Source: Ginglymostoma cirratum
Taxonomy: Eukaryota
Assembly (NCBI GenBank): GCA_024137785.1
Contig: JAHRHZ010000118.1
Coordinates: forward strand, 1 to 63,600
DNA length: 63,600 nt
Reading direction: 5' to 3'
Shown here piece by piece: positions 36,501-47,450 of this stretch. The number at the start of each line of letters is the position of its first letter. Within the stretch, counting starts at the first letter, position 1. The translations under genes were made by a program, and so were the position numbers. Under the pieces are notes generated by a model. It had not been told where the DNA came from and did no database searches. It was given only the letters and a program-made list of their open reading frames with translations.

Positions 36501-36721
36501 AGAATAGAATAGCCTTCATTGTAACAGACAACAGCAGAGAGTGGCTGATCTTTGATTAGGCCGGTGAGGGATCAAGACGGTGCACCAAGAGCATGATTTC
36601 GAGAATTGGGCTTGGCAGCTGGCCTAGTCCTCAGACGCAGATGGCTCATATCATCCTTGACTCGCTTCACTTGGTTTACTGATTGAAGCAATGGGCACTC
36701 TTTACACAACAGACAAAGGGC

Positions 36722-36820
36722 AGAGATAAAACGTTGTGGAGCTGGATGAACACAGCAGGCCAAGCAGCATCAGAGGAGCAGGAAAGTTGACGTTTCGGGT
36801 CGAGACCCTTCTTCAGAAAA
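36722..36820 (-). mobile_element. Solo Penelope terminal-repeat fragment with hammerhead-like core
   Basis: CTGAAGAAGGGTCTCGACCCGAAACGTC on the minus strand, 36816-36789. Confidence 0.85.
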
Positions 36821-36959
36821 GGGCAGGAGCTGTTTTTACAGAATTGGTGAGGTTAGAGCTGAGGCACATCGAAGATGAACATAAACTAACAGGACAGCCA
36901 ACTCGAGGACACTAAAACTCACCAGGAGCCTTCCTCCCTCATTCTGCTCTGTTCAGTAC

Positions 36960-37510
36960 ACTGCTCTTCCCCGTGTTGCCCGATCCACCAATCACAGCCC
37001 TTCGCACCATCCGAACCCCACCCTTCCCTCGCGCACTTTCCGTTGATATTTGAAATCCCCACCACACCTGCCGCTGCGCGCGGCCTGATTCACCAATCAC
37101 AGCCCGTCTTCCAGCTCCGACCCCCTTCCTCCCCTTGCGCACTATCCGTTGGGATTTGAAAACCCCACCACGCCCACTGCTCGTGGCGTGCCTGACCCAC
37201 CAATCACAGCGCGTCCTTCTTTTCCCGCTCGCGCTCGACGGGCTGTAGATGGTCGGTTCGTTTTTTCGAAGCTTGGCTCACGTTTGCTCTACTGCCCTTT
37301 CCCCTCAGCATCGGGGTGTCTTCTCTCTCGGCCTCGCTCCTTTCACACAACATTTATGCAGAATCCAATGTGAAAAAGGAAGGAGTGAGTGCGGCGGGTT
37401 GGGGGACGTGGTGCTCACGGGGAGGCGGGGGGGAATGGAGCGAGTTGTGGGGAGCGGGAGGAGCAGGAAGTTAGACGACACCTCGATATCCTCATCGGAC
37501 CTCAAACCGT
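36960..37510. promoter_or_regulatory. CpG-rich promoter-like island with ~106-bp tandem units (CCAAT, CCGTTG, TTTGAA)
   Basis: High CpG density against a CpG-depleted background. CCAATCACAGC at 36988, 37093 and 37200; CCGTTG-N3-TTTGAA at 37040 and 37146; candidate + strand donor GA|GTGAGT at 37384/37385. Confidence 0.7.
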
Positions 37511-38129
37511 CGGAATTGGTTGCCCAAAGAATCTGGAGGGGACTTTTAGGGATTTTCTTTTCCCTTCATCACCTGTAGTGGGAGCTGGATCAAGACAGAC
37601 CTTCAAAGGAAATTGAACCTTTATCTGAACAGAGAAAAAGAAGCAGGTTCACAGGAGAGTGGCACGAGCCGAATTGCTGTTGCAAAGAGCTGGCCTCTTC
37701 CTGGGCTGTGATTCAAAGAAAATCAAACAAAATACAGAATGCTGAAAAATAGTTGAAACTGAAAGCCAATTAAATGGTCAGTGGGTTTCCACTTGAAGAT
37801 CAAATCGAGGGATCTCATGGAGAGGTGAAATTCAGGTCTTAAATAGGGGGTCGCAAACTGCAGAAACCCAGTATGTCTCAGCATCAGTGGAGACAACGTA
37901 CTGAATCAGGTGTAACTTTTCTTCCAGAACTCTTCATAAAATGAGAAATGGAAGCATCTCAGTATGGGGAACGGACATGGGAACCAGCTCCAGTTAAAAA
38001 TAAAAGGTGCATAATGGATGAATATATTGTGGAAACAGTGTTAGGATTGGAGCCTGGTTTTCAGTCATTACCTGACCTGACCCTAACGAACCTTTAAAGA
38101 ACGACAGCATCTCTCTCCAAACATCATCC

Positions 38130-39510
38130 TTCGCAAAGGCATATTCCTAGAAGGGGGATGTGTGACAGTCTTGTCCACTCCGCAGTCACTTCAAGGGCAG
38201 CGTGTGATGGTGCGTAGAGTCTGGGCGTACATTAAGGATCTCACAGGTAGGGCCCTTCTCACCACCAGCCAAACTATGTCTTGGTGCTTGTTAGAAAGTT
38301 TTGGTGATGAAGCATTCTGCCAAAAGATTTTGACAATCTGCTCAGGGAACCACCCAACCCAAGGAACCCTCTCCTTTTCCCACGGGATCTCGAGGGTGCT
38401 CAATGCTGACCACTCCATGATGGGCACTGGTCAAAGGTGTTTTTCTAAACAAGTTTCTCCACAAAGGACAGGTGATACAAAATCATCCAACTACTTGGAG
38501 CATACCATGGCAACGAGGCCAGACCCATTCTCAACACCAGGGACAGGTAGAACCTCTGTAAGTAGTGTTACAGGGTGTTTGTATACTGAGGGTCCACACA
38601 CAGCTTGATGCAGCGACGTATGAAGGTGGCCAACAGGATGAGGGTAGCGTTGGGTACATTCTTGCCTCCGCTTGTCTAACACTTGATGTGCCTTCAGACC
38701 TGATCCATCTTTGACCTCCAAATGAAGTAGAAGATGGTTTGGGTGACTGCAGTGGTGCTGGCTCAGGGAATAGTCCACAACTGTGCCACAAACCGCAATA
38801 CCAAGAGGACCTCACACCCGATGACGAGAGTTTTTTCCTGCAATGGAGAGGGAGTGGCTCTCCAATCCACCCAGTTTCTGCATCATCTTGGCGATATGCT
38901 CCTTCCAGTGGCTTGACACTGGTGGATCTAAGAGAGAACGTGTGGGATGCAAACAGGAAATCTTATCCTTGAGCATTCTGGCTGCAACCAGGAGTATCTA
39001 TGCTGTGCTCTGTCTGCAGGGGTGCTGAAAATATTGTGCAGCTTGGCATTTTTAATTGTTTCCATCAGGAATCTAAATGTGGTGTCCAGTTTGCTGTCAG
39101 CCCATCTGGATTCTCCATCTTCACCGATGATGCAGTTGAAGCCTCTTGCCAGAATGACTGGCTTGTACATTGCCAACAGCAATGGGAGCTGCTGCAGGAC
39201 AACGGGCTGCTCACTGTTTGCTGTCTGTACGTAACATTTGCTATGAAGAGACACCCGCCCAGCGCCTCCTTCACCTTGGAGATGGTGAAGTTTCCTCCTC
39301 GCATCACAGCACCCAAGCCAGAGGAACAGCAGTTGTTGCTCCCGACAAAATCGAAGGCCTGTGGGTCCACAAGCTCGACCATTTCCAGTAGCTGAGGTGC
39401 AGTATCCTGCACTCCTGCAGAAACAGGAGGTCCGCCTTTATGTTGGCCAGGTAGGCCAAAATGGAGACATATCATGTAGTCGATTTAATACTACGCACAT
39501 TAATATTAGT
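38130..39510 (-). mobile_element. Tx1-like LINE, internally deleted (APE endonuclease + C-terminal zinc-binding region)
   Basis: LQQLPLLL...VIL.xFNCI...YSW.QP.CSRI (APE); WQNASSP.LSNKHQD..WLVVRRALPVRS...RCP (C-terminal); no RT core seen between them. Confidence 0.75.
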
Positions 39511-39889
39511 GATTTTTAAACTCATTTAAAATTTATGAAAGTTGCCAGAAACCCAATTTCCATTTGTCCAAGGCCTCATCACTGGGGAGTCCCTCAGTTC
39601 ACAGTTGAATTAGTCTGGATTATGTACTCGAGCCTTTGGAGTGACACAAACTCCAAACATCTTGACTCAGAGGAGACAGTAGTAGCTACTAAGATACAAC
39701 TGACTGGAGACTGCAGCTTCTGCACTTATATTTTTTTGGACACTGAAGCATAGCAATAATTGTTTCTACAACAGACAGTTGACTGATGAACAATGAGGGA
39801 ATGACAGAACATGGACAATCAAGGGTAAAAGAAATGCCATTAAAGACTGAATATAGATCAAGCATCTGTTGGTGCAATGACAACAGAAT

Positions 39890-42800
39890 AGGGTAAACAG
39901 AACATTTTGGGGTATTTAGTATTTAGTAAGGACAGATGAAAAGGAAATACTGTGGAGTTGAATTGCTGGTTAGAGAGGAAATTTACGCAATAGTGAGGAA
40001 GGATATTATCTTCAATGATGTGGAATCTGTATGGGTAGAGCTCACAAATACCAAGGGGCAAAAAACATTATTAGCGGTTGTATATAGACCCCCAAACTGT
40101 GGGATGATGTTGGGAATGACACTAAACAGGAAGTTGGAGTTGCATGCAGTAAAGGAACATCTGAAGTTCTGGGTGACTTTAATCTGCATATGGATTGGGC
40201 ATATCAAATTAGTAATAATACCACAGAGGAGGAATGTCTATACAGAGGAGTGTATAATGGATGGTTCTCTGTACCAATACATTGAGGAACCAACTAGAGA
40301 ACAGGCCATCCTAGACTTGGTATTGTGTAATGAGAAAGGAATAATTGGCAGTCTAATTATGCAAGGCCCTCTATTGACCATAATATGATTGAATTCTTCA
40401 TCAAGATGGAGAGTGACATAGTTGATTTTGGAGACTACAGTCCTGAATCCAAAATGTGGAAAATACAGTGACATGAGGCTGTAGATATGAGGCTGTGATA
40501 GATTGGGAAATATTACTTAAAAGGATGACAGTGGAAAGGCAATGGCAAACATTCAAATGGCATGACAATTGTTCATTCCTTTCTGCGTAAAAGTAAAACA
40601 GGAAGAGTGGCCAAACCATGGTTTACAAGGGAAATTAAATAGTATTCAATCCAAGGAAGTGGCATGCAAGTTGGCCAGAAAAAAAAACAGCAGACCTGAA
40701 AGAGGGCAGTGGTGGAGTGTTGTTTTTCAGACTGGAGGTCTGTGACCAGCAGTGTGCTGCAGGGTTCGGTGCTGGGTCCACTATTGTTCGACATTTCTAT
40801 AAACTATTTGGATGAGAATTTAGGAAGCATGATTGCAGATGACATCAAAATTGGTGGTAAAGTAGACAGTGAGGAAGGTTATCTTAAATTACAAAGGGAA
40901 CTTGATCAATAGGGCCAATAGGCTGAGGAGTGGCAAATGGAGTTTAATTTAGATCAATGTGACATGATCGCATTTTGGTAAGATGAACAAGGGCAGGCTG
41001 TGGGGACTATTGTAAAACAGAGGGGTTCAAGTATGTAGTTCATTGACAGTTCCATCCCAGGTAGACTGAGTGGTAAAGAAGGCATTTGGTTCTCATGCCG
41101 TCATTGTTCAGACCATTGAGCATAGGAGTTGGGATGTCATGTTATGATTCTATAGGACATTGGTGAGGCCACTTCTGGAGGGCTATGGGCCAAATGCAGG
41201 CAAATGGGACTAGTTTAATTTGTGAAACTTGGCATGGATGAGTTGGACTGAAGTCTCTGTTTCCATGCTATTTGACTGTATGACTCTGAGTGGGAGCAGT
41301 TTCGAATTCAGCAAAGGAGGATAAAGGGATTGATTAAGAAAGGAAAAATAGAATACGCATGTCAGTTCGTGGAGAACATAAAAGATGATTATATAAGTTT
41401 GTATAGGTATATGAAGAAAAAAGATTGAAAAGAAATATAGGTCCCTTACAGTTAGAAACAGGGGAATTTATAACAGGGATCAAAGAAATGGCTCTTCAAC
41501 TAAATATATATTTCAGTTCTGTCCTGACAAAGGGTTTTGGCCCAAGCATTGACTTTTCTCCTAGTTGGGTGCTGTCTGACCTGCTGTGCTTTTCCACCTT
41601 CGCATTTATTGACTCTACCTTCCAGCATCTGCAGTCCTTTATATCTCCTACATACTGGTATTGTTGGGGAACACAGGGTTTAGTGAAGGAAATCATTATT
41701 AGTAGGGAAATAGTGTTGGGAAATTGATGGGATTGAAGGCCAATAAAACCCCAGGGCCTGATAATCTACATCCCATTGTACTTAAATTGTCTGAGAAATA
41801 ATGTCATTTTCCAAGATTCTGTTGACTCTGGAACAGTTCCTACAGATTAGAGGAGAGGGTACTGGATGTGATTTATTTGGATTTTTAGAAGGCTTTCAAC
41901 AAAGTCCCACATAAGCGAATATAATGTAAAACTAAATCATATGGGATTGGGGGTATTCAGATGGCTAAAAACTGGCAAATAAGAAGCAAAGTAGGAATAA
42001 ACTGGTCTTTTTCTGTGGAACATTGCAGACTTCAGTGTTAGGACTCTGAGTATTAGTGATTTAGATGAGGGAACTAAATGTAAAGTTTCCAAATTTGCAG
42101 GCAACACAAAGCTGTGTGGAGGATGCAGACATGCTCCAGTGGGATTTGGACAGGTTGAGTGAGTGGGTAAATGAATGGCAGATGTAGTATAATATGGATA
42201 AATTTGAACTTATCCACTTTACTCGTGAAAACAAAAAGTGGACTGGCCGAATGGTTGTTAATTGAGAGAGGGAATATGCGACCAGACCTTGGTATCCTCC
42301 TATAACAGTTGCTGAAGATAAGCATGTAGATGTAACACATAGTTAAAAAAAAAGCCAAAGGTATGTTGGCATTCTTAATGGGGGAATGAGAGTACAAAAA
42401 CAGTGTCTTACTGCAAATAATTAAGCCTCATTCCACACCTGGAATATTGTGTGCGGTTTTGATCTCCTTAACTGAGGGAGAGTGTTCTTGTTATAGAGGG
42501 AGTGCAGCAAAGGTTTGCCAGACTGATTCCTGTGATGGCAGGGCCAACTATAAAGAGAGGTTGAATTGGTTAAGGTTATGTTTGGTGAAGTTCAGAAGAA
42601 TTAGGCAGGGTGGGGATGTCTCATAGAAACCTATAAAATTCTATCAGTACTAGATATGGTAAATGCAGGAAGGATGTTCTTGATGGCAGGGGAGTCCAGA
42701 ACCAGGGATCACATTCTGAAGATACAGGGCAAGCCATTTAGGACTGAAATGAGAATGTTTTTCACCCCAGAGACTGGGGAGTCTATGGAGTTCAATGCTA

Positions 42801-42990
42801 GTGAAAGCAGTTGAGGCCAAAATGTACGATTTCAAAGAGTTGCACATAGCACTGGGGCAATGGGGATCAGAATGATGTAGGGGAAAACTAGGAACAGGCT
42901 ATTGAATAGGTTGATTAACTACAATCATAATGAATGGTAAAGCAGGCTAGAAGGGCTGAATGAACTATTCCTGTCCGTATATTATATGTT
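39890..42990 (+). mobile_element. Long degenerate CR1-like LINE (EN-RT-3' UTR) with nested CR1 (~40700-41290) and a Penelope-type end (~41523-41650)
   Basis: ESVWVEL...VVYRPP, EEPTREQAILDLVL (endonuclease); SDWRSVTS.V.QGSVLGPLLF...ADD.K (RT); DV.YLDF.KAF.KVPH. Confidence 0.88.
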
Positions 42991-44813
42991 TCTAAGTTTT
43001 AGACTTGAAAAGTTTGGAATAGAGAGAAGAGATTACCTGTGCATAGATTTAATGTAGTTCTAAGAGAAAATTTAACTCAATATTTCTACTGAATAGTTGT
43101 AGAAAAATATTGTGAATTTGGAACTGAAACCGTTCTTGTGCAAATGTGGATTATATTGATATGGTGGTATTTGAACTCTTAATCTATATTAGCCCAATAA
43201 CATTTTCACTGTACATAACTGTTTGTACATGGAGTCTATACCATTAAAAAGCCTGGAATTATGGCTGAATTTCCGAGTCACTTTGACGATGAAACAATGC
43301 GTCTTTTGATAATTGTCGTTGACCAGTGAGGTGGAGATGTAACATTGACCACGGTCTGATCTTTCTAATCAGTCCACTATGTTTCATTAACAGGTCTTTT
43401 GGTCGTAACGTAGCAGATATTACAACTGTTCATCTGATGGAAATGGAGAGTGGGCAATCTAAATAAAAATGAGGTTTCTTTTCATTCCACAGTTTTTGAT
43501 CTGGAAATGCAAGTGAAACAAGATGGGGCCTGTACTGAAGTCCATGATATTTAAACAAAATTAATTCTGGAGAAATATTTTCCATCAAAAGCTTGATGCT
43601 TAAGCAAACCTAGTGAGGATTATATGGTCAAACTGCTCGAGTGTCCTCAGGTCCAGTTTTTCAAAACCAGTTATCTGAGCAATGGTACAAAAGATGTACA
43701 AGTGAAAACCAGAAATATCTGTGCTGCACTGCGCCCAGGTCATTGTTCAGCAAGTCTGCAGTATCCTTATTTTCATTTGCAATGTTATTCATATGTTTTT
43801 TAAGGGCTTATATTACTTGACTATACATTTTCTTCTAACTTTGTTGTAAAAATCTAGTTGATCATGATAGGCTTCTCTTTTTTTTGTATACTTTTTAATC
43901 GCTATTGCTATCTTTGGTTTTCTTTTTATTTCTTCTGGTTGTCTGGATTCACCTGTTCATCTGTAGTTTTACATGGTGACAATTTCAAATAAGGACATTG
44001 TTGCTAATGGCAGGATACAAATTTTAGGTAAGTGTCAAGAAACTGAGGCAGTTTGAGAGATTTGTTTAAATTATGAAGTTGTTGTTATCCTGAATGCAAC
44101 GCCAGCAAGGGTGGTCGAAACAGATTGAATAGTCACTTTCAAAAGGAAATGGGTAAATACATGAAGGGAATAAATTTCTAGGATAATGGTGAAAGAGATC
44201 AGGAAATGTGATTAACTGTGTAACTCTAACAGCGATCCAGCACAGGAACAATGGGCTGAATGGCCTTCTCCAGTGCTGTGTTTTCCAAAGAACAGAACCA
44301 CAGTCTTTCCTGATAGGTATATTCTCTCAGTTTTGTTATCATCGTTGTGAATCTATTTTGTATCATCCCCACTACTTTTATATTTACTTTGTAATATGCA
44401 GATAGTACTGCTCACAGTACTCAACATCCAGGACTTTGTTTAGCGCTTCTAGGCCAGTGCCTTTGGAAGGTTGGTTAGTCTTCAAAGCAACCATTACCTC
44501 CTCCAATATTATCTTTCCAAGAAGAATGATTGTACTTCAATCAAGCACAAGAAGCCCTAAATTTTCCCTTCTCTGTCTATTTCTTGGAGCACTGGGGTCA
44601 ATTATAACATTTTCACTGTAATATGAGCTGAAATCAGGCAATTTAGGATAAACCAAGAATTAAATATTGGAACTTGTCAATTTGTGTATCTCTTTGCTAT
44701 ATCACAGTGTAGTTACCCAATGAACCAAAGATAGCTCCATGATAAGAGATTTATTAGTTCAGAATTCAGCTTCAAAATAAAGGTCTAGAAGGAAAGGACA
44801 AAGAAATGCTTAT

Positions 44814-45018
44814 TTGCAAACAAAAGTGTGGCCATCGAGTTTGAACTGATCCAGGAAAGGTGGCTAAATGACTCGTCGTAGTGTTAAGTGAACTGGATAG
44901 AAAAGACTCCAAAATAACATACAATTCTGGTCACCGAACGGTTTTTCAAGAATCCTGCCAGAACCACTATCCAGCCCCAGCCCCCATCTGGTGGCTTTCT
45001 GTAGGTAAGCTGGGCCAT
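44814..45018 (-). pseudogene. Inactivated duplicate of SLC16 coding exon 1
   Basis: Manual translation MAQLTYRKPPDGGWGWIVVLAGFLKNRSVTRIVCYFGVFSIQFT*HYDESFSHLSWISSNSMATLLFA. Same 205-bp length as 32709-32913; in-frame TAA at 44886-44884; donor reads GCAA|ataagc (GT>AT). Confidence 0.85.
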
Positions 45019-46649
45019 TCTGGACTAGTGTGACACCTCTGCCAGACCAGATGGAAAAAGAATAGTTGACCTGGAGGCATAAAGAAAACTTTCACAACCT
45101 TAGGATGCTCCAAAGCATTTCACATCCAATGATGTAGTTTTGCATTGTAGTCACTGTTGTCATGTAAGAAACGCAGCAGCCATTATATGCACAGTAAGTT
45201 CTCATAACCAATAATGAACTTAAAACAAAGTCAGCTTTAGTAATGTTGATTGAGGGATACATATTGGACATAACTTCCTTCCTGTTGAAGTAGTGCCATG
45301 TAAGATTTAACATTCACCTGAGAGGACAGATGAAGTTTCTGCTTAACATTACAATTAAATGATGATATCTCACTCTTTGCAACATTGGAGTGTCAGTTTC
45401 AATGCTTATATTCAGTCTCTGGAATGGGACTCGAAGCCACAACTTTTTGATTCAGAACCAAGAGTGCTAGCCACAGATCCTCCGCTAACTCTTGGGCAAG
45501 AAATGTTTTATAGTTTCTTTTCTTTCTTTACAACTCTGTGAAGACAGTCATTGTATCCTTAACATGGCAGAAGTTCAAAGGCTTAGCTTTACAATATTTG
45601 AGTTGACCTCCGTTGGCTGCAAAATGGTCGGATTTCTTAGATTCTATTGAAAAATGCTGATTCTATTCATATCTTTGATCACAAACCTAGCTGTGAACAG
45701 GAACCTTCATAGCAAGGTAACCAATCATTATTTTCAGATTCAGTTTGTTTTGGATCATTTTCTGGGTAAGGGCATAAGAAAAATTAAACACAAAATTTCA
45801 ATAAGACCATTGAACCTGACCTGTAACTTAATATTGTCATTGAAGCCTATCCATCTGGTATTCCAACTCGCATGGAAGCCAAATCACCCCTATATTCTGA
45901 TACTCCTATTGATGCCCGTCTGTCTACTGCCCTAACTATTACAGAATCATGGAGTCATACAGCACAGAAACAGATCATTTGGTCCACCTTGTCCATGCTG
46001 ACCAGGTTTCCCAAGCTAAACTAGTTTCAGACAAAAACAGAAATTGCTAGATAAACTCAGCAGGTCTGGCAGCATCTGTGAAGTTAATATTTTGGTTTGA
46101 GTAACCCTCAGAACTGCCCCATTTGCCTGCACTTGGCCATATTCTTCTGAACCCTTCCTGGTCATCTACCTGTCCAACTGACTTTTAAATGTTATTACTG
46201 TATCTGCATCTACCACTTCCTCTGGCAGTTAATTTCACATGTGAACCACCCTCAGTGTGGAAAAAAGTTGCCCCTCAGGTCCCTCAAATTTTTCTCCTCA
46301 CCTTAAAATTATGCCCTCTAGTTTTGAACTCCCCTACCCTTACAAACCCATGACTATTTCCATCAAGAAGGACAAATGTAGTAGATACATGAAAACACCA
46401 CTACCTCCAAGTTCCCATCCAAGGCACTCGCCAACCTGACTTGGAAATATAAAGCTGTTCCTTCACTGTTGCTGGGTAAAAATCCTGGAATTCCCTCCCT
46501 GATGAAATTGTGAGTGAGCCAACAGCAGATGGACTGCAACAGTTGAAGAAGGCAGCTTAGCATCACCTTCTCAATGGCAACTAGGCATGGGCAATAAATG
46601 CTAGCCAGCCAATGATGACCACATCCCATGAATGAATTAAAAAAAAGAC

Positions 46650-47450
46650 TGCATGAGCACCATCTCCAACAAACTCAATCCCAGGCAGGCCAAAGCTGCC
46701 CTGGTTGACTGGCACCACGTCCACAAACATTTAGATAATTTACAAAGAAGATATTCTGCCACTGTCGGAGAACCCACTGATGACGTCACATCCGCCACTG
46801 CCGGGTACCCCACTTCCGGGACAGCGAACGCCGCCGCTGCTGAAACCACCGCCTCCATCTCCGAAACCAACACCACAGACACTACCGTCATCGCTGCTGC
46901 CGCTGCCGCCGCCGACGCCGCTCCGCCCACCGTCGAAGCCGACATAACACCCACCGCCGACGCAACTCCGCCCACTGCTGACGTAACGCCACCCACAGCC
47001 GACGCCGACAACGCTCCGCCCACTGCCTCCACAGCCAGCAGCTTCAGAGGAGACAGCAACACTGAGCCCTGCTGAGTGTTCACCATCCCCCCAGACCTCC
47101 CCCTCACTGAGGACGAACGGTCAGTCCTCAGTAAAGGGCTCACCTTTGTCCCCCTCCACCCACATATCAACGAATACTGCTCACGCTTGGATATTGAGCA
47201 GTTTTTCCGCCGCCACGCTTACTTCTCCAACCGCGAATCTAACCCTCCCTCTACTGACCCCTTCTCCCGCCTCCAGCACAAGCCCCCTCCTGGACACCAC
47301 CCCAAGGCCTCTTACCCTCCCTCGACCTCTTCATCCCCAACTGCAAGCATTTCTGATGAAGGGTCTAGGCCCGAAACGTCAAGTTTTCCTGCTCCTATGA
47401 TGCTGCTTGGCCTGCTGTGTTCATCCAGCCCCACGCCTTGTTATCTTGTA
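46650..47450 (+). mobile_element. Internally deleted Penelope-like element: Ala/Thr/Pro repeat region + RT N-terminus fused to terminal repeat
   Basis: VFTIPPDLPLTEDERSVLSKGLTFVP...DIEQFFRR is a typical PLE pre-RT motif; CTGATGAAGGGTCTAGGCCCGAAACGTC at 47353-47380. Confidence 0.8.

Noticed and set aside
43493-43803. Possible + strand coding exon or 59-aa ORF after a good acceptor
   Set aside because: No recognisable homology and early stops in frames from the acceptor; kept only as a candidate non-coding exon.
46637-47170. Ala/Thr-rich ORFs as a mucin- or antifreeze-like host gene, or a CpG-island promoter
   Set aside because: Contiguous with the Penelope pre-RT motif and terminal repeat; no splice or promoter context.
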